Shown: one piece after another, positions 29,882 through 40,183 of the stretch
How the letters are laid out: each line of letters begins with the position of its first letter
Numbering within the stretch: the stretch's first letter is position 1
Origin: Treponemataceae bacterium
GTDB taxonomy: Bacteria; Spirochaetota; Spirochaetia; Treponematales; Rectinemataceae
Length of the DNA stretch: 64,000 nucleotides
NCBI GenBank assembly: GCA_963678065.2
Contig: CAXXVZ010000003.1
Coordinates: forward strand, 1,760,001 to 1,824,000
Direction of reading: 5' to 3'
Made by a program: the position numbers and the translations under genes
Notes under the pieces: model-generated
Seen by the model: the letters and a program-made list of their open reading frames with translations, nothing else
Told to the model about the DNA's origin: nothing
Database searches by the model: none

Positions 29882-31194
29882 TCAAAAACCTCCCAGCCGG
29901 CGATCTTCGCTGCGATCCTGAACGGCTCGATGAAGGAACCATACACGACAGAGGCGTGATGCGCAATTCCGTTGTCGACGACGACGGAGAGGACATCTTT
30001 GACGTGCCTGTCGAATTTGGCCTTCATGTAGGTGCCCCGGAGGTCCTTGGTCATGGGAACGGCCGTCGCCTTCTGGAGAAAGAGCCTGTATTCGCCGTCC
30101 GCCGAGTCGATGCGGAGGATGGAGAGCTCGCCCGACTTGAGAACGAAGTCGGCGGTGACGCCCTTCCCGCCCGCGAAGTAGGTGTCGAGGGAGCGCACGC
30201 AGTTCCCGTCCCAGAGGTTGCAGGGAGCGACGCCGCAGTGCCAGAAGAGGGCGGAATCGTCCTCGAAATCGACCTGGGAGAAATCGAAGAGGAAGGGAGT
30301 CTCGGCGCCTACCGCCTTGTGCATGAGCATGGACAGCGCGCCCTCGACATCGCCCTCGCAGGCGACGATGCGGCCTTCGGACTGCAGAAGGCTCATGGCA
30401 GCGCAGGGGCTGATGCCGTACTGGCCCGCGAACTCGGGCCAGCAGCGGATGGCGAGGGCGTCGAGTTTATTCCTGTCGAGGAAATTCTTGAGCTTGACGG
30501 CGAGGGTCGCGACCTTGTCGAGCTGCGCGTCGTTTATGCCCGAGCAGTCGAATACTTGTCTGTACTCGGCGCGGCGGGCGGCGATATCGGCCCCGGCGGC
30601 CTCGAAGTTCCAGATGTCGTCGAGTTCGTAGTGGTCCAGAAGCACGCCCGTCTCGCGGTAGAGCGAGAGGTCGGCGAAACTGAGGTTGAAGAACCCGTGG
30701 GCCCGGTAGCCCGCGATGCCGATGTGGGAGGAGCGGAGAACCGCGAGGATGCGGATCGCGTCGACCCAGTCGGTGTCGACGTCGGAGCGCACGACGGCGC
30801 GGTAGTTGCGGATGCCGGATTTGTAGAGATTGGAAGCGTTGAGGTTGACGCCGCAGACCGAGTTGAGCCTGATCTTGCCGCCGTTGTAGGGAAGCTCCGG
30901 GAGCCCCCAGAGGAGCATGGGCCGGCGGACGGTCTTCGCTATCTCGAGGGCGAGGTGGCCCAGGTGGAAGGTTCCGGAAATTATCATGACGCCGTCGACA
31001 TTGGCCCTGACGAGGGCTTCGGCGGCGGCCCTGGCCTCGTCGACCTCGAAGACGAGGTCCTCGATGGCCGTCAGTTCGACGGCAGGAAGAGCCTCCAGCT
31101 GCTCTCTGATGCCCACCCAGAGTTCCTTCGCGGCGTTGAAATCGAAAGTCGTCCGCGCAAGACAGACTGCGCCCAGACGTATCGTGTGTTTCAT
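29878..31194 (-). CDS. L-fucose-isomerase-like sugar isomerase (possibly sulfoquinovose isomerase-type)
   Basis: LNSVCG, IRCWPEF, ACEGD, WHCG, GIAHH; start MKHTIRL at 31194. Confidence 0.82.
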   Translation of the reverse strand: MKHTIRLGAVCLARTTFDFNAAKELWVGIREQLEALPAVELTAIEDLVFEVDEARAAAEALVRANVDGVMIISGTFHLGHLALEIAKTVRRPMLLWGLPELPYNGGKIRLNSVCGVNLNASNLYKSGIRNYRAVVRSDVDTDWVDAIRILAVLRSSHIGIAGYRAHGFFNLSFADLSLYRETGVLLDHYELDDIWNFEAAGADIAARRAEYRQVFDCSGINDAQLDKVATLAVKLKNFLDRNKLDALAIRCWPEFAGQYGISPCAAMSLLQSEGRIVACEGDVEGALSMLMHKAVGAETPFLFDFSQVDFEDDSALFWHCGVAPCNLWDGNCVRSLDTYFAGGKGVTADFVLKSGELSILRIDSADGEYRLFLQKATAVPMTKDLRGTYMKAKFDRHVKDVLSVVVDNGIAHHASVVYGSFIEPFRIAAKIAGWEVFE

Positions 31195-31329
31195 TGCGAT
31201 CCTCCTCGTGCCTGCGGGGCAAAGAGACTTCGCCGGATATCTGATCCGATCCAGCTCTCTCTTTTTCCCCTGCCCGATGACGCGGGCATTTTTTTCACAT
31301 ACTAAGTAAATCACGAAGCGACAAAGCTG

Positions 31330-32463
31330 TCAACGAAAGACGGCCTGGGCGGGCCGGAATGTACTGCCCGCCCCGCTCTTCCCGCGGTTGAGCCCGAAAA
31401 CAGACTCCGCATCCAATGAGGGTAGGCACAGCTTCCCTGCTTCGCGAGCCGCGGAAACGGCGGTTCCGCAGACGAGGATTGCGGCGCCCGGCTGCGGAAG
31501 CGGCATCGCCCCGGCCTCCGCCTCTTTCGGCAGGAAAACATCGAAGAGCCCGGCTTCGTCCTCGAGGCGCAGCGCCGGCCGGGAGCGCCATCGTGTTCCG
31601 TCTTCCCCGGCATCGCTCCCGGCGACGAATCGCGCGATCACGGTCCCGGCCACACAGATCCGCAGACCTGCGAGTCCTGAGATACCCGAACTCGGCACGA
31701 GATCCGGAAGACCCGTGCGTCCGGCCATATCCTTTGCCCTTTGGACAAAGAGGGAGGCGGGGACGCACGAGACGATGACTCCGAGATACCGGAACTCATC
31801 GGCGAGCCGCGCGTGGCAGCCGTAGTCCCCGATGAAGGCGGGCGCTGCGGGAAAGGTTTCGGGAAAGGCCCGCGCCCGCAGGTCCGCCGTACCTATCCGC
31901 GCCGGGAGCACGAGGTGATGGAGAGCCCAGAGCGCCTGCGGCCTCGTGAGGAGAACTCCGCCCGGAAAGGCCGGAAGCCCGTCGAGGCAACCCGAGCGCG
32001 CCAGTGCCCTCGCTTCTCCCGGCCCGGGATGCAGGCGGCACACGACATCGGCCAGAGAATCGTAGGGCCCGCCTGTTTTCCGTGCGGCGAGGATCCGCGC
32101 GACGAGGGTGGACGAGAGATCCCGCACGGCGCCGAGCCCGAGCATCAGTCCCGGCGCCTGCCCCAGCCCCGACTCAGCCGCGCCGTGAAGCACATCGCTC
32201 AGATTGACATGGGGCGGGACCGGAACAATGCCGAGTCTTCTTGCCTCACCGAGCCAGGCCTGGGCGCCGCAGATACCGCCGCCGCCGTTGAGTGTCGCGG
32301 CGATGAGCCGGGTGGGATCGGCGATCCCTGCGGGAAGGGGTAGATCAGGGAAACACATCCCGGAGCCGGACGCGCTGCGGGACGATTCAAGACCGCAGCC
32401 TTTTCCGTCCTGAACGGTGGCATCACCCTTGCCCGAAAACACCAGCATTTTATCATATTCCAT
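31330..32463 (-). pseudogene. C-terminal fragment of DNA polymerase III alpha / DnaE2 (HhH + OB only; no PHP or palm domain)
   Basis: EARRLGI...PPHVNLS, LGLGAVRDL, GPYDSLADVV.R, L.RSGCLDGL, EFRYLG, LRLEDEAG. Confidence 0.6.
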
Positions 32464-32483
32464 ACTATACTAATGTATAGTAT
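32462..32483. promoter_or_regulatory. Perfect palindrome, putative operator
   Basis: ATACTATAC-TAAT-GTATAGTAT at the start of the DnaE fragment. Confidence 0.5.
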
Positions 32484-32743
32484 ATTTCTCCTTTCTGCCA
32501 TGTTTCGAGATGTGATCAATTGTTGTTCACACGGCATTGGCCATCTGTGATGGGGCTATGAGATTTCAGGCAGTAGCGGTTGAGGTGTGGCAACAGACAG
32601 AGGGGGCTTCCTCAGGGGTACTCTATTTGCACCACTCGACATAGCTTTTTTCGTCACCCCGGCATAGCCGGTGGATTACGTTTTTGTTCAGTACAATGAG
32701 AGGGAAGTGGGGCAATATGCCCGCCCCACCTCCCTAATTGGTC

Positions 32744-35335
32744 TTATTTTGCCGCTGCATAGAAAATCGAGTTGAATAACAACTTGAATGTCCCGTGAGT
32801 TTGACCGCGATGCTGCACACGCATACCAATTAGTATTGCACGACCATTGCCATAGCAATACTCAACAAGGTTTGCCTTGCCCTGGATATACTCAGGCCCC
32901 ATCAGCCAGCCGGACATCAGGGGATTTCTGTCTGCAGGGTAAGTCGCAAGCACCTTCGCATTAGAGCCCGTAACGTCAAAAGTCGGGCTCTGTACGAAAT
33001 ATGCCCCAAACTTCTCATCCATACCGAAGGTCACAGGGCTCGTTTTGTCTACTATTTTAGCATCAAGAACTGAACCGGGGCAGTAGAATTTACTGCTGTC
33101 TACTCCTGACAGCACATTTTTAACTGGCGCATCCAATATGGTTGTCGCGAAGTCAAAGATGCTGTCGCACAGGATTATCGTGCCGCCGGCATTAACGAAC
33201 TCCTTGAGGTTAGCAAGGCCTTCATCTCCTACACCACCTGTATACTCATCTGGGTATGTACCGGCAGCCAGGCCCTTCTTGAGACTATCCGTCGAAGTAT
33301 CGGGTAAAACAATCGCATCATATTTATCTATTAATTTGCCCTCTTTGATGTCAGCATCGCGCATAAAAGTATAAGGGATTTCGAACTTATCGAATACCAT
33401 CCTCGTCCAGCCTGCGTCTGCATTGCCGCCCCAATTCTCATATATACCTACCCTCGGATTTGAAAGCGTTGTCATCCTGGAGGTCGGAGTATAAGGCATT
33501 GGATAGAAGGTAGTGGAGTATTTGGAGGCAATATCTGCAAGCTTTGCTGTCAAACCATCCTGTGAAAGAACAATTGTTGTTCCTGCAGGAAACTCTATGC
33601 CTCCAATTACTTCGGGATCCATGAGCCATTTTAGCTTAAATCCAGCGGCAAGCAGTTTGCTGCGCACTGTAGCGCTGTTGTTTGCCTCAGGTCTGAATGC
33701 ATAACCATAACCTGCAGATCCTTTAACGATTGCCCCAGGTACTGGCTTGAAAACTTTTACGAGCTCAAGATTTGCATCAAACGGCTTATCGACTTTTATG
33801 CATTCGACGCCCATCTCCATCGGAAGAGTCCAGCCTGCTACATCATATGGAGCCTCAGCAGGGCCCCCAGTATACTGTAACCTGTTGGGATAGACTTGTT
33901 TATCAAGCAAGGCCATTACGTTGGGCCTGTATTGTTGTGCTGCCAGGATAACATACGTTCCTTCCGGGTATGGCTTACCGTCCGCCACGAAGGGCGCAGT
34001 CGCTCTATGGATCTCTGTACCTTGGAAGTTTAAGATCTCCAGCATCCAATTGAGAGTGGCAGGGTCAGATGGGTCGGCAGGCAGGATAAAAGCAGAGGGA
34101 GACTCAGTAAGCCCCTTGCGGATGGCATCCTGGCCCATTTTGACGAAATTACTGACGAAATCCTCTTTAAGCTTGGAAAGGGTTTTAGCATAAGAATATA
34201 TGACGGATTCGGGATATGCCACAACATCCTCAAATGTCCATAGACCACCTTTCCAAGGTTCAGTAAATGTCTGTGTGAATGTCTGGGCATTTTCAAGGCC
34301 TCTAGTTTTGCCAGTAAGCTTCTCAAATGGTATATCTAGTGACGTTGCGATTTTGGCACTCGCGGTTTCAGTAAGAAGACCTACCATATTATGGTAGTAA
34401 GGACCACTCCTCATGCCTCCGTGCCACCACGTATCATACACAGCATCTGTTACGACGCCTGTCATGCCCTTAGCTGAAAGATCTGTTGTCGCTACCCCTC
34501 CCAGAGTCGTTATTTCCCTAAATATTATCGGCGGTATTTCAGGGTTTGGAGGATCAAAGAAAGGAGGCACAAACAACCTTGCGCCATTAGAGCCCATCTG
34601 GTGTATATCATATACGACTTCAGGGAACCACTCTGTATAGAGGACCTCGCCTACGTTCCTGCTCTCCGACAAGTTAAACATAAACCAGTCGCGGTTATCA
34701 TCATGGCCTACATAGTAATGATATAGGTAAGGGGGATTGCTTCCTTCATACTTTGTACCCAGGGTCTGTTTATACCAGTTTACAGTCATCACATGACCAT
34801 CAGGATTCAACGAAGGGACAAACAGCAATATCACATTATCAAGAATTTTTTCTAGATCCTTATCCTCGGTGGAAGCGTAGGTGTAAATGGCATTTAATAC
34901 GGCATGAAGGCCACCTATTTCTGTTGAGTGTATTGAAGCACCTACCAACATGACTGCCTTTGCTTCCGACTTTAGCGCTCTAAGATCCTTTTCAGACAGC
35001 CCCCGAGGATCTGCAAGCTTACTCTGTACCTGTTTGTAATAATCAAGGTTTGCTATATTATCCTCAGAGCTTACGATTGCCATGATCTCGCGGTCGCCAA
35101 GAGTAGTGGAGCCAATATCCTCGTATACTACCCTCTTTGACTCCTTATCAAGCAACTGCAGATAGTTCTTGATATCCGGCCAGGTACACAAGTTCTTACT
35201 AGTGCCAGGCTTGAACCCAAAAAAAGCACTCGGAGATGTTAATTTTACATCCTCCGCGAATACCGCACTGCCGATAAAAGCCTCGGCAATGAGCAGCAAT
35301 CCTAAAAAGACTGCTGATAACCTCTTTCCTTTCAT
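32744..35335 (-). CDS. Secreted M14 zinc carboxypeptidase-like protein with C-terminal GATase-like domain
   Basis: Signal peptide; IHSTE, NPDG, DDNRDW, DIHQMG, LLTETAS; composition is visibly AT-rich. Confidence 0.85.
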   Translation of the reverse strand: MKGKRLSAVFLGLLLIAEAFIGSAVFAEDVKLTSPSAFFGFKPGTSKNLCTWPDIKNYLQLLDKESKRVVYEDIGSTTLGDREIMAIVSSEDNIANLDYYKQVQSKLADPRGLSEKDLRALKSEAKAVMLVGASIHSTEIGGLHAVLNAIYTYASTEDKDLEKILDNVILLFVPSLNPDGHVMTVNWYKQTLGTKYEGSNPPYLYHYYVGHDDNRDWFMFNLSESRNVGEVLYTEWFPEVVYDIHQMGSNGARLFVPPFFDPPNPEIPPIIFREITTLGGVATTDLSAKGMTGVVTDAVYDTWWHGGMRSGPYYHNMVGLLTETASAKIATSLDIPFEKLTGKTRGLENAQTFTQTFTEPWKGGLWTFEDVVAYPESVIYSYAKTLSKLKEDFVSNFVKMGQDAIRKGLTESPSAFILPADPSDPATLNWMLEILNFQGTEIHRATAPFVADGKPYPEGTYVILAAQQYRPNVMALLDKQVYPNRLQYTGGPAEAPYDVAGWTLPMEMGVECIKVDKPFDANLELVKVFKPVPGAIVKGSAGYGYAFRPEANNSATVRSKLLAAGFKLKWLMDPEVIGGIEFPAGTTIVLSQDGLTAKLADIASKYSTTFYPMPYTPTSRMTTLSNPRVGIYENWGGNADAGWTRMVFDKFEIPYTFMRDADIKEGKLIDKYDAIVLPDTSTDSLKKGLAAGTYPDEYTGGVGDEGLANLKEFVNAGGTIILCDSIFDFATTILDAPVKNVLSGVDSSKFYCPGSVLDAKIVDKTSPVTFGMDEKFGAYFVQSPTFDVTGSNAKVLATYPADRNPLMSGWLMGPEYIQGKANLVEYCYGNGRAILIGMRVQHRGQTHGTFKLLFNSIFYAAAK

Positions 35336-35353
35336 TAAGATACTCCTCCTATG

Positions 35354-35880
35354 TGAACCGCTCCGGGTTTGCCGGAGTGCCGCTTTATATAAGTCCGGCT
35401 CCTACGGCCAAGACTTTTTTGCTCAGTACAATATGTCTTCTCGAACTTCATTGGTGGAATACTACCCATCAGTTCGAGAAACCACCGATTATCGAACAAG
35501 CCGACGCATTCGAGCGTTGTGTATTCCACGGCATCTAGCCTCCGCCATGGTCCGCGACAATGAATGACCTCGGCATTGAAAAAGCCTATTGATCGCCTCC
35601 GTCAAGGCATTGTCGTAGGCATCACCTGATTATCGTAAACCGAAAGCATCGCCCACGCTCCCGAGTGCTCCCGCGATGCTGGCTTCGGTCAGGCGTTTGC
35701 TATAGCGGATCGACAGGTATTGGCTGCCGCGATCCGAGTAATGGATCAGGATTCCTTGACCCTGCGGGCCCAGAGGGCTTGTTCCAAGGCATCCAGCGTC
35801 AGCTCCGCGCTCATGGCTTTCGTAGCACGCCAGCAGCCGACGACTATCCGGGAGAATACGTCGGCGATGAAGACGAACTA
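35354..35880 (-). mobile_element. Decayed IS3-family element (integrase-core remnant plus one terminal inverted repeat)
   Basis: Minus strand reads DVFSRIVVG...LDALEQALWAR, HYSDRGSQYLSIRY, GSVGDAFGLR*SGDAYDNA, TLECVGLFDNRW...IPP. End TGAACCGCTCCGGGTTTGCCGGAG resembles IS629-type IRs. Confidence 0.85.
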
Positions 35881-36510
35881 GGCTTATAATTTGGAATACT
35901 TAATAAAAATTATATACAAATTAAGATTATTAAAGCACATTTTTGCATCTGTCAATAGATATATTTTTATTTATGAAAAGGTCAAGCGGCTCGGGAGACT
36001 ATTTCGATCTCGTGAAGAGCACCTCGAAAACCAGCCTCAAAGCCAAATCTGGTCTTCATGCACCCCCATTTCAATGCATTGACGGGAATTCGATGTTCAG
36101 CGCGATTCCCGTCCTTCGAAACAATAATTTACGAGCGATTATCACCGGCTCGAGCTTTTTGCCAGCGACGGAGCTATGAAGTATTGCAGTTCTGTCCTGA
36201 CCCTTGTTTTAAACTGAGATTGTCCCCGATGAACAGATTGTCGCGCGGTATCCAATCCGCGAATATCAGACTATAAAATCGTCGCGTTTGATCTCCCTTT
36301 TCGTTCCACAGCGCAGTGCATGTTTTTAATATTAAAGAAGGAATATAAAGAAATATTGCTATTGACACGAGATCACATCATGTCAGAATTCAGGTTGAAG
36401 CAACACGGATTCCTGTTGCGTTTACATGGAACTGGCTCTACAATGGCAATTGTGGTGGGGAATGTATAAAAAAAGATCCCGACCTTGACCAACATCAGGA
36501 GGCTCGATTT

Positions 36511-37446
36511 ATGAACAAAAGGTTAATTGCCGTCGCGCTCTGTCTCATTGCGTTTACAGGCGCTTTCGCCCAGCAGCAGTTCATCACCCTCGCAACCGGC
36601 GGCACCGCCGGCACCTACTTCCCCCTCGGCGGAGCCATGGCCGAGATCTGGAACAAGAACATTTCCAAGATGAACGCCGCGGCCACATCCACGGGCGCTT
36701 CCGTCGCCAACGTCAATCTCCTCAAGGACGGCAAGGTCGACGTCATTTTCGTCCAGAACGACGTAGCCTTCTATGCCCTCAACGGCGTCGAACTCTTCAA
36801 GGACAAATATTCCGACATCCGCGGTCTCGCCTGCCTCTACAATGAGACTATCCAGATCGTCGCCCTGGCCGATTCCGGCATCAAGTCCGTGGCCGACCTC
36901 AAAGGCAAGAAGGTATCCGTGGGCGCCGCCGGTTCCGGTTCCGAAGCCAACGCACGCCAGATCCTCGAAGCCGCAGGAATCACCTACAAGGACATCAAGC
37001 CCCAGTATCTGTCCTTCGCCGAGTCCGCCAGCAACCTGAAAGACGGCAACATCGACGCCGCCTTCACCACTGGCGGAGTTCCCATCGCCGCCATCCAGGA
37101 TCTCGCGGTCAGCAAGAAGACGATCATGGTTCCCGTGGACAAAGCTCTTGCGGCCAAGCTCATGAAAGAGTGGTCCTTCTACACCACCGCCGTGGTTCCG
37201 GCCAACACCTACCAGGGAATCACCACTGACACCTCCACGGTCGCCGTAAAGTCCATGCTCGCCATCAGCGCCAAGGTCAAGGACGACCTCGTCTACCAGC
37301 TCCTGAAGACGATGTTCGACAACACGCCGCGCCTCATCGCCGCCCATGCTCAGGGCAAGAACATCACCGTCGCCTCCTCGACTGACGGAATGTCCATCCC
37401 CCTGCACGCCGGAGCCGAAAAGTTCTACAAGGAATACAAGAAGTAG
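36511..37446 (+). CDS. TAXI family TRAP substrate-binding protein
   Basis: ATGGTAGTYFPLG, STGASVAN, QND, GSGSE, PLHAGAEKFY. Confidence 0.93.
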   Translation: MNKRLIAVALCLIAFTGAFAQQQFITLATGGTAGTYFPLGGAMAEIWNKNISKMNAAATSTGASVANVNLLKDGKVDVIFVQNDVAFYALNGVELFKDKYSDIRGLACLYNETIQIVALADSGIKSVADLKGKKVSVGAAGSGSEANARQILEAAGITYKDIKPQYLSFAESASNLKDGNIDAAFTTGGVPIAAIQDLAVSKKTIMVPVDKALAAKLMKEWSFYTTAVVPANTYQGITTDTSTVAVKSMLAISAKVKDDLVYQLLKTMFDNTPRLIAAHAQGKNITVASSTDGMSIPLHAGAEKFYKEYKK

Positions 37447-37473
37447 GCCTTGCCAGGCTTGTTTCCATTCGTC

Positions 37474-37998
37474 ATGAGTGAACAGCGGACGTCCGGGATG
37501 CCGACAGGCAAGCCCTCGGGCGTTCGCCTTTTTCTTGCCGCCTTCGCAATACTGCTGATAGTCCTCTCCGGCTGCGCGATTCCGTGGCCAGTCCGGGTTC
37601 CCGCACTGGAGATTTTTGATTCGCGGGGCGCGAAACTCGCGTGCATTCCCCTTTCTGACGGAAAGTTCGTCCACAGCTATATCCACTCGATCAACAAAAC
37701 GCGCGTGGATGAGTTTTTGAAAGTCGAAGGGAACAAGTTCGTCCTGTACGAGCTTCGGTACGACAGCTACGGGGTAGGCATGCCCTCGGGCGAGGAAGAG
37801 GGCTTCAGGCTGGAAAACGGCCGCTTTGTGCTTTCGATGCATAGGGAATTCGCGCGCATCGATGTCTGGATTTCGCCTGTGCCGGGACACGGAGTGGTCA
37901 TCGATGGGGAGCTGCATCCTTTCACCGAATGGGCTCCCCGCGAAGAACTTCTGACTCTCAGGCCAGGTTCGGGTTTTTATGTACTTTCCAGGAGGTAG
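37474..37998 (+). CDS. DUF1850 protein (TAXI-associated)
   Basis: SYIHSINKT, YGVGMP; typical position between the TAXI SBP and permease; start uncertain. Confidence 0.75.
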   Translation: MSEQRTSGMPTGKPSGVRLFLAAFAILLIVLSGCAIPWPVRVPALEIFDSRGAKLACIPLSDGKFVHSYIHSINKTRVDEFLKVEGNKFVLYELRYDSYGVGMPSGEEEGFRLENGRFVLSMHREFARIDVWISPVPGHGVVIDGELHPFTEWAPREELLTLRPGSGFYVLSRR

Positions 37999-38006
37999 GT
38001 TCGCAT

Positions 38007-40004
38007 ATGAGCGAAACCACAGTTGCCAACGATGCTCCTGTAGATAGCCAGGAGATCCTTAAAAAATTCGACAAAGAGTCGGATTACCGGACTCTGACCG
38101 GATTCATAGCCAGAGTCATTTCGGCGATCGCGATCACCTTCTCGGTATTTCAGGTCTACACGGCAGTTTTTGGCGTCCTCGACGCCATGATCCAGCGCTC
38201 TGTCCATCTTTCATTCGGTCTCTGTCTCATCTTCCTCCTCTACCCGACCAGTAAAAAGTGGTCGCGCAAGAAGCTCCACCCCCTCGACGCGATTCTCGCC
38301 GTTCTCGGTGTCGCCACGCCGATGTACATCATCGTAGCGTATCAGGAACTCGTAACGCGAGCAGGGCAGACGACAACCCTGGACCTCGTGTTCGGCATCA
38401 TCGGAATCCTCCTCGTCCTGGAGGCAGCCAGGCGCGTTGTCGGCATCCCCATCGTCGTCATCGCCATCGTCTTCATAGCATACGCCTTCCTGGGGCCCTA
38501 TATTCCCGGAAAGCTCGCACACCGTGGCGCCGCCTATGACACCATCGTCGGCCACCTGTTCTACACGACGGAAGGCATCTTCGGCATACCGCTGGGAGTC
38601 TCCAGTACCTTCATATTCCTCTTCATACTATTCGGCGCCTACCTCGAGAGGACAGGCCTGGGTCAGCTCTTCATCGACCTCGCTAACTCCGTCGCCGGCT
38701 GGGCGGCGGGCGGACCGGCAAAAGTCGCCGTCCTCTCCTCGGCCCTGATGGGCACAGTATCGGGCTCCTCGGTCGCCAACGTCGTCGGGACAGGCAGCTT
38801 CACCATCCCCATGATGAAACGACTTGGATACCGCCCGGAATTTGCCGGCGCCGTCGAAGCTACAGCCTCAACCGGCGGGCAGCTCATGCCGCCCATCATG
38901 GGCGCTGCGGCCTTCCTCATGGCGGAGTTCACCGGCATACCCTACGCGCGAGTGATCGCGGCCGCGGCCATCCCCGCACTCCTGTATTATTTCGGCGTCT
39001 GGATGGGAGTCCATTTCGAAGCCAAGAAAGTCGGCCTCAAAGGCATGAAGCGCGAGGATCTTCCGAAATTCAAGAAACTCTTCATGGAACGCGGACACCT
39101 GATGATCCCACTCGTCGCGATCGTCTACCTCCTCGTATCCGGCTTTACCCCGATGAAGGCAGCCCTCTGGGCTATCATCCTCTCGGTAGGCTCCTCCTAC
39201 CTCAGGAAAGCCACGAGAATGAAGCCGATCGAACTCGTCCGCGGCCTCGAGGCGGGAGCGAGAGGCGCCCTCGGCGTCATCGCCGCAACAGCATGCGCCG
39301 GAATCATCATCGGCATCGTCACCCTCACCGGCCTCGGGCTCAAACTCGGCTCGGTCCTCGTCGCGGTGGCCAACGGCAACCTCTTCTTTACCCTCTTCTT
39401 CACAATGATCACGTCGCTGATCCTCGGCATGGGCGTCCCGACGACGGCTAACTACGTCATCACCTCGACGATCGCCGCCCCTGCCATCATCATGATACTG
39501 GCCCAGAAAGCGGGTCTCGATCCCAACCTTGTGGCCCCGGCAAACATCATCCTGCCGGCCCACATGTTCGCCTTCTATTTCGGAATAATTGCGGATGTAA
39601 CCCCACCCGTCGCGCTGGCAGCATTCGCCGGTGCGGGCATAGCCAAGGCCAACCCGATGCGCACGGGCTTCATCGCCTCAAAGCTGGCTATAGCTGCCTT
39701 CCTCGTGCCCTACATCTATGTCTTCAATCCGCAGATGCTGCTGTTCAATGTCGAGCCCATAGGTCTCATCTGGATGATCATCACGAGCCTCGCAGGCATC
39801 ACGGCGGTCGCGGCCTCTGTCGGTGGATGGTTCAAGACCAACATGAGCATCGTAGAACGCGTCCTCGCCTTCGCGGGCGGTCTCCTACTCATCGATCCGG
39901 GCCTCACGACCGATGTCATCGGCCTTGCCATCATCGCGGTTATCGTGTTCTGGCAATATCGCAAATTCAATCTCAAAAAGGGAATGAAGACGGTCAGGGC
40001 CTGA
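38007..40004 (+). CDS. TRAP transporter 4TM/12TM fusion permease
   Basis: GGPAKVAV, SGSSVAN, ASTGGQLMPP, GMGVPT, TPPVALA; RBS AGGAGG before MSETT. Confidence 0.94.
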   Translation: MSETTVANDAPVDSQEILKKFDKESDYRTLTGFIARVISAIAITFSVFQVYTAVFGVLDAMIQRSVHLSFGLCLIFLLYPTSKKWSRKKLHPLDAILAVLGVATPMYIIVAYQELVTRAGQTTTLDLVFGIIGILLVLEAARRVVGIPIVVIAIVFIAYAFLGPYIPGKLAHRGAAYDTIVGHLFYTTEGIFGIPLGVSSTFIFLFILFGAYLERTGLGQLFIDLANSVAGWAAGGPAKVAVLSSALMGTVSGSSVANVVGTGSFTIPMMKRLGYRPEFAGAVEATASTGGQLMPPIMGAAAFLMAEFTGIPYARVIAAAAIPALLYYFGVWMGVHFEAKKVGLKGMKREDLPKFKKLFMERGHLMIPLVAIVYLLVSGFTPMKAALWAIILSVGSSYLRKATRMKPIELVRGLEAGARGALGVIAATACAGIIIGIVTLTGLGLKLGSVLVAVANGNLFFTLFFTMITSLILGMGVPTTANYVITSTIAAPAIIMILAQKAGLDPNLVAPANIILPAHMFAFYFGIIADVTPPVALAAFAGAGIAKANPMRTGFIASKLAIAAFLVPYIYVFNPQMLLFNVEPIGLIWMIITSLAGITAVAASVGGWFKTNMSIVERVLAFAGGLLLIDPGLTTDVIGLAIIAVIVFWQYRKFNLKKGMKTVRA

Positions 40005-40031
40005 TCCGGCCTCCCTGAAGGAATCATGTCG

Positions 40032-40063
40032 AAAAGGGCTGCCTTGATCGGCAGCCCTTTTTT
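40032..40063. terminator. Bidirectional rho-independent terminator
   Basis: AAAAGGGCTGCC-TTGATC-GGCAGCCCTTTTTT between convergent operons. Confidence 0.85.
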
Positions 40064-40183
40064 ATTGCCCGTCGGACAATCGATTTTCCATACCCTTCCG
40101 CGTTGTCACAGAAATCGGCGCCGAATCAACGACTTCGCCGCAGAGCTTTCGGGTATGAAACCCGCCTGCGAATCCGGGCAATC

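Noticed and set aside
35890..36370. Short ORFs in the AT-rich spacer
   Set aside because: No motifs or RBS support; treated as intergenic or decayed island DNA.
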